A DNA stretch of 64,000 nucleotides from Octopus sinensis (Eukaryota). Location of the stretch: assembly GCF_006345805.1 (NCBI RefSeq), contig NC_043007.1, positions 5,146,001 through 5,210,000 on the forward strand. Reading direction: 5' to 3'. The notes beneath the pieces were generated by a model. That model was given only the letters and a program-made list of their open reading frames with translations, was not told the DNA's origin and searched no databases. Below, in pieces: positions 50,987 through 62,510 of this stretch. Each line of letters opens with the position of its first letter. Position 1 is the first letter of the stretch. The position numbers were made by a program, and so were the translations under genes.

Positions 50987-52569
50987 TATATATTCAACCA
51001 CGTGCTTTCACACACCAACTTTCTCACCTATATATATATATATATATACATTCATATATATATATTTTTATTTTATCTAGTTTCAGCTCATGAGCTGTGG
51101 CCATGCTGGGGCACCGCTATTAATATATATATATATATATCTGTATGCATATATGAAGTTCCATCAGGCTAAATAATAATTAAGGAAGGTATCTAAAATA
51201 TTTGTAAACATTGCTAACAATATTACAGATTTAGGTCTGTTATGAGCCCTAGTATAAGTGACCGAGACTACAACACTGACCCCTGGATAGGATGCCAGTC
51301 CACTGCAGAGGTAACTTCACAGCTATTGCTGTAACTCATTTGCAGCTGTGTGGACTGGAGCAAGAAAGAGCTGCAGGATGGATACTTCATGCTGAGCCGG
51401 TGACCAATGGACAGACAAAAACCAAGAAGGTTGGATAATAATGTCCATAGTCTAAGTTGGCCATGCTTGGGAATCCAACTGGAAAGTCTAAAGTTGGATG
51501 CTTCAGATAAGATTCTATGGAGGACGTGATGAAGGATTCTGTCCCCACAACCCTGATAGGAAGAGTGGGTGGAGAAGATGGGTAGATGAATGGATGGACT
51601 GGTGCAACATAAAATAAATCATTTTGCTCAGGCACGCAATGGACTGCTTGGTGCAGGAATTGAAACAATGCTCTTAAGTTCATGAGTACAACACCCAAAC
51701 CACTTGGCCATGGGCCTTCACACATTACACATAAAGGGTAAAAAATGTATTTCTTTGTTTTATACAATATTTTGTGTTGAAAATGGTGGATAGGAAGAAA
51801 AGTCTTAGTAAGAGATTCTGAATTAATTTTCATTTTATTCTTATCAATCACCATACAACTTGGTATTTGCTACAGGAGAATCACTGACTAATCCCAAACA
51901 ATAATTCCATATCAACTGTCAGATTAGGAGTCTTCAGGCTAGACAGGGAAAACAGCTAGCGGTTCTCTAATTTGTATTTTCATTTCTGGTTTGTCTTGGA
52001 GTGAAGAATATTAGACAAAAGAGAAGAGATGACTAAACTGATGGAAGATTATTGGAGAATTTCACGAATTGAGAAGTCGTCAGTTGATGTACCATCACTC
52101 CTCTCTTGCTGCATCTGTTGCTAAGGTAGAACATTCTCAAATAGCTCAGTCCATGTAGCTGTAAACAAGTACAACATGCTAAAAACAACTCACCATTGCA
52201 AGCATCAGCAATAAAACTGAAACCAATTAATGAGTGTTCTCTTAACTTGCCAAAATGAACAGAGGTCATTTCCGGTAGATTGGGTTCTGCCAGGCTGACT
52301 TGTTCTTGATAGACTTTACAAACACAACCCTTCCCATGATGGCTTTGCAGCTCTAGAGATTATAGAATAGTCGAGATAGTTGTTGTTGTTGTTGTTGTTG
52401 TGTAGCTCCCAGATCATCCTTAATCAGACAGATCTGACACAGAGACAATCAGCAGAATGGTTAGATGTGATCCTTAGAACTGTTGATTTCTCTCCATCTC
52501 TCCCATCCCCTGCCTCTCTCTTTCTCGTGATGTGTGTGTCTGTCCTAGCTGTGGCACCTGCCTCAGAAG

Positions 52570-52745
52570 TTTAGCTGTCCACTAACGTTTCCCTCGATGG
52601 CCCAAAAGTTGCATGATGCAAACAGGAGTGACACTCTGCAGTTAAGTCTCAGAACCATTTAATGTCCAGGTGGGGGTCATACAAGGATGCATTCTTGCCC
52701 CTGTACTTTTCAACGTTTACCTAGTGGCTGTAACCATTCTTTCTA
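52570..52745 (+). mobile_element. RTE-type reverse transcriptase fragment
   Basis: Translates to SEPFNVQVGVIQGCILAPVLFNVYLVAV, the RT QG..L.P.LF motif. Confidence 0.75.
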
Positions 52746-53308
52746 GGAGACAGTGTGTGTGTGTGTTGTGTGTGTGTGTGTGAATGTACACAAATGATAA
52801 GATCAGTGAGAAAAATGAAAAAATAATACCTTTCAAATAAGGTCCTTTACAATAATTGTTCTACATTGAGTTACATATACTCCCTTGTCACTTTCCCTCC
52901 TCATCAAAAACACAATAAACCCCTGACTGATGGTTTGAAAACCTGTAACCATAGATACTGTTATTTGCCCAATTGCAACAGCAATCAAATTAATTAATAA
53001 ACAAATAATAGATATGCATTGATAACCTCTGAACTGGTTAAGCTGAAATTTCAATCAGCCATTGTTAGCACTTCATATGCAGCAGCTGCAACACTGCAAC
53101 TGTTTCTGCATCTTTACAATTGCAATCCATTCAGTGAAGAGTTTGATTTTGTAAGAATCAATAATTTCGATTCCTATTTAAAAAGAGACATTCAGTCTTT
53201 ATTTTTATACTTTTGGCATTATTTTCAACATCTATTTTTGCACTGCATTCTGTTGTATAAGTTTGAAATAATTCTTTATAATCAACCATTTTTGTGACTA
53301 ATTCTAGC

Positions 53309-53339
<31 letters not shown>

Positions 53340-53746
53340 GTTCTCTCTTTCTTTCATTTCAACCATTCAACTATGAATTGAAAATTTGACTTTCGTTAGT
53401 CACAGATAATTGAGGCAAGAATATTGACATGTTTTTATTACACAAGAATTCACAGACATAATTATAGCACTGTTAAAATTCCCCCAAACTCTTGTGTAGC
53501 ATCACTTGCATATTTAGTCTCTCCCCACCCACCCCCACTGCCACCACCTCCACCGTCACTGTCATCGTCATCACTGCTGTTGTTGTCATTGTTTAATCAC
53601 CACTTTTCCAAGCTTGCCTGGGTCAGACAGAATTCAATAATATAACATCAGTTAGTTGTCAGTCAAGAGAAAAGCACTTCTATATGAAAAAGTAGAGTGG
53701 TTTGACTTATATACTGCCATAACCCACTATACACTGCTTGACAGAA

Positions 53747-53796
<50 letters not shown>

Positions 53797-53799
<3 letters not shown>

Positions 53800-54532
53800 T
53801 TTCTTGTGTAATGAGATAAAAAAAACCAAGGCTGTGTAGATATTAGAGCATTTATAGATAAAAGGTCTTACAGCTGTTTCTAGGATAGTAATTGATAATA
53901 ATATCCCTTCATCGGAGACGGTGTGAGAGGAACTATGACTTAATTTTTCCTCTCACACCGTCTCCAATGAAGGGATATTATTATGGCCGATGCCAGTGCC
54001 ACCCCGACTGGCTCCTGTGCCGGTGGCACATAAAAAGCATCATCTGAATGTGGCCGATGCCAGCGCCACCCCGACAGGCTTCTGTGCTGCTGGCACAAAA
54101 AAAGCACCATCCAAACGTGGCTGATGCCAGCGCCGCCCCGGCTGGCTCCTGTGCCGATGGCACATAAAAAGCACCATCCGAACGTGGCCGATGCCAATGC
54201 CACCTTAGCTGGCTTCCATGTCGGTGGCACGTTAAAAGCTCCAACCGATCGTGGCCAATGCCGGACCCCCCTGGCACGTAAAAAGCACCCACTACACTCG
54301 CGGAGTGGTTGGCGTTAGGAAGGGCATCCAGCTGTAGAAACTCTGCCAGATCAGACTGGAGCCTGGTGCAGTCCCTGGCTTCCCAGACCCCGGTCGAACC
54401 GTCCAACCCGTGCTAGCGCGGAAAACGGACGTTAAACGATGATGATGATCCTAGAAACAGCTGCAAGACCTATCTATAAATGCTGTAATATCTATACAGC
54501 CTTGGTTGTTTATCTCATTATGCAAAAAATTC
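53797..54532. repeat. Foldback element interrupted by a VNTR-SINE (53985-54450)
   Basis: Outer arms 53797-53887 and 54448-54532. Inner 36-bp near-perfect hairpin at 53897-53982. Confidence 0.88.
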
Positions 54533-55174
54533 TTATATACACACGCTGACATAGAACCAAAGTTGAACCCTCTATTCCCAATATTACCAAATCTGGAGCT
54601 TAACTATGGTCTGTCTATAGCACTTATTCAGCATTACCTGACACCTTTGGGTCTCAATGACATCATTATCTCATATATATATATATATACAATAATACTT
54701 CACTTTACGAGAACCTGGGTTTACGAGTTTTTACCAGTTTTATTTTCTGTTAACGAGATTTTGCTTTACAAGTGTTCTCTGGGAATTAATTAACTCATAT
54801 ATCAAGGCATTACTGCATATATATATATATATATATATCTCAATTTAATACTTTAATACACAAAATACCAAAGAGTGACCAAATATTTTCATGCTTTTAT
54901 GGTTCCTGAAACCAGCAGAATATAAACTAAGCCATGTTTTCTAACTCTGCCCATTCCAAGCATTGTAAAGGCATAAAACCATTAGAGACTCTTTAGTATT
55001 TTGTATATTAAACTGATATTTATCTCTCGATGGACAGTGCACGATTTCATTGATTCTCTTCATATTGGATGTATAAGCTATATATACACACATGCACACA
55101 CATATAGCCATGGATGTTAAATGATGATGAAGATGATGATGATGTTGTAAGCATGCATGTGTATGTATGTGTAT

Positions 55175-55209
<35 letters not shown>

Positions 55210-55300
55210 AAGTTAATCCAAACATGAAAACACAACAATGCGAGGACGTGGAACAAGTACAGTGTTATTGGACGCTCAGGAAAGGAAAGAAAGAAGGAGG

Positions 55301-55335
55301 GTTTAACGTTTCGAGTGGAGCTCTTCTTCAGAAAC
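55301..55335 (-). ncRNA. Minimal type I hammerhead ribozyme (Penelope type), inside a pLTR-like repeat at about 55205-55415
   Basis: GTTT-CTGAAGA-A-GAG(CTCCA)CTC-GAAA-CG-T-T-AAAC. Stem I GTTT/AAAC, intact CUGANGA and GAAA core, palindromic AACGTT stem III, GUU cleavage triplet. Confidence 0.75.
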
Positions 55336-55508
55336 AAAGAAAAAGGAAAGATCCAAGGAAGGGAGAACGGAGGAAAAAGATCGCCAATGGTACACACGCG
55401 GTCACATTTTGAATGATGTGTGTGTGTGTGTGTATACCAGTGTAACCACATAAATGTGAAACAAGGTGGGAAAAATTAGTACTCGAATACCGAAGGTAGA
55501 GTAATATG

Positions 55509-55667
55509 CTTTATTATTAAAGCTGCAAAAACATCACAAAAACTGCTACTCAGAGTTTCACGTTCCTGTTTGTTGGACAGTTGTGATTCTGAATCACAAC
55601 TGTCTAAAAAACATGAAACTTTGAGTAACAGTTTTTTAGTGATTTTTTTGCAGCTTTAAATATAAAG
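55509..55667. repeat. Palindromic element centred at 55590
   Basis: gacagttgtgattc-t-gaatcacaactgtc at the centre; arms continue imperfectly out to aaagctgcaaaaa/tttttgcagcttt. Confidence 0.85.
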
Positions 55668-56120
55668 TATATATATATGTATATATGTATATATATGATT
55701 AATTGAAAAATAGGAAGAAAAACACAAGAAGAAAAGCAACAACAATATATATATATATATACTTTGGCAAGTATCTTCTCCTATAGTCCTGGGTTGACCA
55801 AAACCTCTTGAATGGTTTGGTAGTCGGAAGCTGAAAGGGGCTGTCATATGTATGTCATATGTATGTGTATTTATGTTGCCTTTTCTTGACATCTTGGGAT
55901 AATTGTAAATAAACATGACCACCATGCAAGAGGCATTGTTAATTTCCAATCTTGCAATGAAACAGGTGAAGCCATGGATTCAAAGAATATTACTTTGCTT
56001 GGATACAGGTAAAGGTTGGCAACTGGAAGAGCATCGGGCCATGGAGGATCTGGATCAACAAAGACAGTCCAACTCATGCAAGCATGGAAAAGAGGATATT
56101 AATATGATGATGATGATGAT

Positions 56121-56393
56121 GGTAATGATGATGATGATGGTGAAGGCGGCAAGCTGGCAGAAACATTAGCACGCCGGGCGAAATGCTTAGTGGTATTTCG
56201 TCTGCCATTACGTTTTGAGTTCAAATTCCACAGAAGTCGACTTTGCCTTTCATCCTTTCAGGGTCGATAAATTAAGCACCAGTTACGCACTGGGGTCAAT
56301 GTAATCGACTTAATCCGTTTGTCTGTCCTTGTTTGTCCCCTCTGTGTTTAGCCCCTTGTGGGTAGTAAAGAAATGGGTAATGATGATGATGAT
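56121..56393 (+). mobile_element. Same Meta-like SINE family
   Basis: Full-length copy; 18-bp TSD GGTAATGATGATGATGAT. Confidence 0.85.
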
Positions 56394-56574
56394 GATGACG
56401 ATGGTAATGATGATGATGATATGAGCCCCAGTATTTATTTTAGCAGATAGGAACTGAGTGGTTTGTGAATTGTGCTTACAATCACAACGTTACAGGAGGG
56501 CATCACAAAGACAAGGAAATTTCCACCACCATCAGCTTGTACATGCCAAAGGTCAGCTTGCCCAGGGCACCAGC

Positions 56575-56880
56575 AACTCTTGTTTGATCCTTCTCGAGCC
56601 ATGCCTGGCTCATAAGGGCCGGTTTCCCAGTTTCCTTGGCGTATAGGTTCCCCACTTGGACAGGACACCGGTCTGTCGCAGGTGAGCTGCATGATGCAGG
56701 AGGAAAGAGTGAGAGAAAGTTGTGGCGAAAGAGTCAGCAGAAGTTCACCATTCCCTTCAGCTGGAGCCATGTGAAGCTTAGGTATTTCGCTCATAAACAC
56801 ACACATCGCCCGGTCTGAGATTCGAACCCGCGATCCCTCGACCGCAAGTCCGCTGCTCTAACCACTAGGCCATGTGCCTC
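56575..56880 (-). mobile_element. tRNA-derived SINE, related head, with a V-domain-like 3' module
   Basis: Head TGGCCTAGTGG..GGGTTCGAATC, then cctgcgacagaccggtgtcctgtccaag..ggaaactgggaaaccggccc. Confidence 0.75.
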
Positions 56881-57285
56881 CACCCAGCAACTCATGGGCC
56901 AGCCTTTGTTGCAGGATAGCAGTAATCATGCACACATACACACACAGAGAAAAGGATGAACAGCAAAGAAGTTAACCTTGGTGGGATTTGAACTTAAAGA
57001 ACCAGAGCAAGAGCTACATTTTGTCAGATGCTCTAACGGTTCTGCCAATCCACAAATCTTATTATAATAAGACTCATTGACTTTTAATTACTCATTATTT
57101 TTTCATTGATTTATTTACTTACTTATTAAACTATTTATTTATATATTTATATATTTGCACAAATAGGTCATTCACCCAATCTGCTGCTCAAACCATCACC
57201 AACCACCTTCTGCTACCAAATTAATCTCTCTTCACCCACCACTATACACCTCTCACTCTCCTTATGCATTATACCTGCCCCTCTT

Positions 57286-57316
<31 letters not shown>

Positions 57317-58442
57317 AGGATGTTTAATGATGATGATGATGATTTCACATACATTTTCAATATTTTTTTCAGATTTCCATCCCATTCTTCACCCTGTTGT
57401 CTTCTTGTGTATTACATGGGATGGATATGCCTTGACACACCTTCACACCTTCACCATCATCCTTCTCTTCCAACTGGGGTAACCATATATCCCCCCCTGC
57501 ACCTATTCATGGCCCCCTATCATACTTTAACATCTCATCACCTGGCATAAAGCCACCACCCTCAATGCCACCCTTCTCACCCTCTCAGTCAAAGAGTCTC
57601 GTGAGATATTCGATAACCTCATTAGTGCCAGTGCTACATAAAAAAAGCACCCAATGCACACTTTGTGTGTTTTGCTTTAGGAAGGGCATCCGACCATAGG
57701 AACCACCCCAAAAAAGATATTCGGGCTTGGCGCATTCCTTTGCTTATCAATTCCTGTTGAACTTTTTAACCCCTGCCAGCGTTGGAAAACAAGTTAAGTA
57801 ACGATGACGATGATGATGATGATGATGATGACGATGATGATGATGATGATGATATGTGTTTAACAGTTAAAATGAGTTCACTCTTTTATGTTTGAGAGAA
57901 AATAGAACAACTTCTTTTGGTTTCATATTTCATTTGTGATTAAAACTCGGATAATGGAAGTCAAATTACCATATTGTGATAAATACATTTGTTACAGAAA
58001 ATTTTATTTTCCATTTTCTTATTCCTTTGCTATTGTTTCTTAATTTTTCTTTCTTAATTAAAAAGAAAATCTTTCCTTAATTTTTTTTTTATTTAACAAA
58101 CAATTTTTTTCTATGAAATTTGAGAAAAAATAAGCTGATGGCCTATGTTTTTATTTTTATTTTCAATTTCTTAAGAATTTTGAGACTATTCAGCAGATTA
58201 TTAACAGGTTATTGATTATTGATTGGGATCAATACTGATAAGGATTTAGTTTTCTATTAATCACTCTAGCTTATCTAAGATCAGATTTTAATTTATTTTT
58301 TTTTTGAGATAAAGTTTGGAGGGAAATTGACATCAGGTGAAGGGTTAGGGTTAGGGTTGGTTGATGATGTGTATGGAAGGAGAAGTGATTATTGCTCAGT
58401 GTGTACAGACTTGTAAAGTGAAGATAGAACTCACTGTTGTTA

Positions 58443-58740
58443 GGTCTGTCTCAACTTTTACCTTTACATCCGTCTCATCTTTACCTTTAAGTCTGTCTCG
58501 TCTTTACCTTTACATCCATCTCAACTTTTACCTTTACGTCCGTCTCATCTTTACCTTTACGTCCGTCTTGCCTTTACCTTTACGTCCGTCTCATCTTTAC
58601 CTTTATGTCCATCTCATCTTTACCTTTACGTCCGTCTCATCTTTACCTTTATGTCTGTCTCATCTTTACCTTTACATCCGTCTCATCTTTACCTTTACGT
58701 CCATCTCATCTTTACCTTTAAGTCTGTCTCATCTTTTACT
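58443..58740 (+). repeat. 23-bp minisatellite, about 13 units
   Basis: Consensus GTCCGTCTCATCTTTACCTTTAC in tandem, with variants. Confidence 0.95.
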
Positions 58741-59099
58741 CAGAGCCTTCAAAATGTTGTCTTTTTGTATATTCATGATTAACTTCATTCGTCATCATCA
58801 TTTTCTATGCTTGAGGTAGGTTTCCTACAGCCAGATGTCACTTCCTGTTGCTAATCTTTGCATGTTTCCTAGCAAGGTAACATTTCCCTGCGACTGGACG
58901 CACTTTTATAGAATAGTGGAAATGCATGGCACCACTGGTATGACAGTGATATTCATCAAGACAAGGAAGTATGCACACATGCACACACTTATAAACATAC
59001 ACACACATATACAACAAGCTTCTCTCAACCAAACCCACTCATGAGGCATTGATAAGCCTGGGGCTATAGTAGAAAACACTTGTTCAAGGTGCCATGCAG

Positions 59100-59295
59100 T
59101 TGGACAAGAAACAGGAAGAAAGAGTGGGAGAAAGTTGGAGTGAAAGAGTACAACAGGGGTTGCCACCACCCCCTGCCGGAGCCTCGTGGAGCTTTTAGGT
59201 GTTTTCGCTCACACACAACGCCCGGCCTGGGAATCGAAACCAAGATCCTCTGACCGCGAGTCTGTTGCCCTAACCACTGGGCCATTGCGCATCCA
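59100..59295 (-). mobile_element. tRNA-derived SINE, same head, 3'-truncated
   Basis: Matches 50041-50216 up to cctgtttcttgtcc. Confidence 0.8.
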
Positions 59296-60549
59296 CTTGT
59301 TGTTGATGTCACTCCTCTTAGCAGTAAATCATCTGCTCACTTTATGCTGAGGAAGATGTGTGAAATAAGAGATCCCTTACTTGAAAAAAGGCTTATTCAA
59401 TCATTGGGAAAATATTACCTGACTTGGAGACAGGTGAGGGTTGGCCACAGGAAAAGCATCCAACCATAGAAAATTTGCTGCAACAAATTCCGTCTGAAGC
59501 CTTGCAATTAGGGAAAGTCAAAATGGTGATGATTATTATTTTCCCCAAGCAATCGTGGATTAATTTTGATAATGGAAATCACCCTTTTTTGGCTGCACTT
59601 TCTGGCTGCGCTCATGAACTAGTTACAATGAATTACTACATCCTGAGTTCAAATACTTTGCTTGGGTCAGTCAACTTTCATCCTCCCAGGGTCAATAGAA
59701 TAAAGTACCACTTGCACACTGGGGTCAATTCAATCAACTATTTTCATAGAGACAACTCATCATCTCTCCACCTTCTCCCTGTCTCCACCCCTAAAAAGAA
59801 AAAAAAATCTTCCCTCATTATTTTCTTTCATTTCTCTTCAATGTTGATTTCCTCTTTAGGCACAGAGCCAACTCTTGTTAGAGATACCTCATCATCATCA
59901 TCATCCATTAATCAGGGGTCATCATATTAATCATCACCATCATTAATGTCAATATCCTCATCGTTGTCATCACCACCATCATGCTTGTCATCATCTTATT
60001 AATCTTTACATTGCATCATCATCATCAGCAGCAGCAGCAATACCAGAATCATCAAATTCTCATTATTACCTCGTTAATTGTCATTCTTATCATCATCGTA
60101 TTGTTAATTATTGTTGTAATCACTATCATGATCATCAACGTTATTATTATGTTATTATTTATCATCATCACCATATTATTCATTGTCATCACTTCCATGA
60201 TGACCAAGATCTGATGACCATCCATTTATCTTCAGCATCATCATCACACTCACCACCATCGCTCTCATCCTCACCCACACCGTCATCACTGCCACTACCA
60301 CCACCACCACCACCACCACCACCTCTTTCAAGAGATGAAAAATTATGCTATTCCAGACACGATTTGAACCCAGAATTAAATGCTATTTCCTCAGAATTAA
60401 GATTTTACTCTGGTTACCATTCAGGGGTGTGACCAGAGTTTGTGTTATAAAGGGTTGTCCAAGAGGAGAATGGTAAACTATTAAGTAAACCCCAGTGTGT
60501 CCCTGTTACTTATTTTATTGGCTTTGGACAGTAAAATATGTTCCCTTGT

Positions 60550-60905
60550 CAACATCATCATCACCATTGTCATCACCATCATCTACATCATCATCACCAC
60601 CACCATCATCTACATCACCATCATCTACATCATCATTATCATCATCATTGTCATCATCACCATCATCATCTACATCACCATCACCATCACCACCATCATC
60701 TACATCACCATCACCATCACCACCATCATCTACATCATCATTATCATCCTCTACATCATCATCATCATCATCTATATCACCATCACCCTTCACCATCATC
60801 ACCATCATCATCTACATCACCATCACCACCATCATCTACATCATCATTATCATCATTTACATCATCACCATCATGTACATCATCATTATCATCGTCATCA
60901 TCATT
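60550..60905 (+). repeat. (CAT/CAC)n tract with higher-order catcatctacat subunits
   Basis: Direct reading; it explains the poly-H/S/I ORFs. Confidence 0.92.
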
Positions 60906-60999
60906 TTACATATGCTTTCACGACGATATGAGTTAAACAAGTCTGTGATAAGAGTGATGTCCAAGTTGGTTCTTATTCAAAGTTATGGCTCTTGTTGAT

Positions 61000-61860
61000 G
61001 AACGGAAGCACCATATCTTGCAGACATACTTCATTTTCAGCATGGTTTCTATCTGGCTGATCTAATTGACTAAACCCAGCATGACCATAGTTCAAGGACA
61101 GAACTGGCAGGCACAGAAATTTTAGAGGGAACGGTTAATTAAATATTTGACAGGAGGTTTGTTTTATAAACTCTCTGGAATCAAAGGTAACCTTGGTGGT
61201 TTTTGAACTCAGGCAGTAAACTGTGAGTTGAAACGTTGCAAGACATCTTTTGCTGATGCTCTGGCACCAACGGTTTTACAGAATGTAACAGATGCAGTGA
61301 ATCATGGAACCGATTATGGATTGGACACCAATCCTTGATTGTGGAACCAACACAAGACAGCTTACAAGACAAGGTGCAGCTTATCATGAAACTAGCAATA
61401 GAGAAGTGACTATGCACATGAAAAGACTAGATGAAATGTAGTGTAGAACCAATATGAGGGAGGTCACCATACCCTGGACAAGACTAGATATGTCTTATTG
61501 TGCAACCGACAACAGAGAAGCCAGATGTAACAAGTGTAGATAAGGAAAAGTAAAGAAAGAGGAAGAATAACAAAACAAAAAAAAACAATCCCCTAAAATT
61601 TGAAATTGGAAGAATTTGGAGCATGTGAGCAGTAAAGGTTGTGCCTATCATAATTGGTGTGTTGGGGGACAGTAAGCCAAGATATAGACAAACGGCTGAA
61701 GGAGATTGGAAGAGATTGGCTGGTAGAGCTTCTACAGAAAGTTTGTTTCTTTGGGACAACAAGGATTATCAGGAGAATTCTAAGCACTTGAAAGGGAGCT
61801 GAAAAATTTGAGGACACCTGAGGTTAGAGATAGTAACTCGCTACCCACATAAATCCTACC
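61000..61860 (+). mobile_element. R4/Dong-like RLE non-LTR retrotransposon 3' fragment, more decayed
   Basis: Fragments ECNRCSE.. and RQDKVAAY..KLA (zinc-knuckle region), plus V.VVPIIIGVLG..LLQKVCFFGTTRIIRRIL. Confidence 0.75.
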
Positions 61861-61878
61861 AGGAATAAGACTGAATCA

Positions 61879-61916
61879 AAACAACAACAACAACAATAAT
61901 AATAATAATAATAATG

Positions 61917-61960
<44 letters not shown>
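61879..61960 (+). repeat. (AAC)n(AAT)n microsatellite
   Basis: Direct reading. Confidence 0.95.
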
Positions 61961-61961
<1 letters not shown>

Positions 61962-61962
61962 G

Positions 61963-62510
61963 CCCTGATGCAGTACCAAGCAATGGCTCTCATGGTTTCT
62001 GATCTTAATTGATTGGAAGTGTTATCAAATACATTGTTTTGTCTTGCTATAAAAGATGGCCTACAGCAAATATTCTGCTCAATACCACAGATTTGCTTGT
62101 CAGTTGTTTAACCTTAACCAGTTGAGCATGTCCCTTGGTAGCTGACAATATGTGCATCTCTGATCACAAGCAGAAGTAGTGGGGAGTATCATAGCCATGT
62201 GTTGAGAGGGATTGTTGGAGGTTTGGATAATTCACCTCTGGAAACGTGGGTGGTTCGTTCAACATCCTTAAACAACCCTTATTCAGGGACCTTTTGAGTG
62301 GGATGGGCTTCTCGACCAGAAGAAAATTCTAACTGGGCCCCACCTGCAAGGTCATGCACTGTTTATCTTGATATGAGATTATCATGTCGCACACACATGG
62401 TTGTGATGCATGTGCCTAGTGTACCCTTATCAGACGGGTAGTCATGATGGCTTTGTATATTTGTACCCCAGTGTCATTTTGATGGTATGCCCTGCTCTCC
62501 CACTCAATAA
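61963..62510 (-). mobile_element. Non-coding retroposon-like repeat ending in an (ATT)n tail
   Basis: On the minus strand it ends ..gtactgcatcagggcat-TTATTATTATT.. (61880-61962). No ORF and no clear Pol III boxes. Confidence 0.5.

Noticed and set aside
58443-58740. CRISPR-like appearance of the 23-bp array and of the SINE VNTR units
   Set aside because: The repeats are contiguous without unique spacers, there are no cas genes, and the context is eukaryotic.
59860-59930. Plus-strand acceptor (ttcctctttag|GCACAGAG) with a short terminal-exon-like frame
   Set aside because: No upstream plus-strand exons were found, and the frame runs into CAT repeats.
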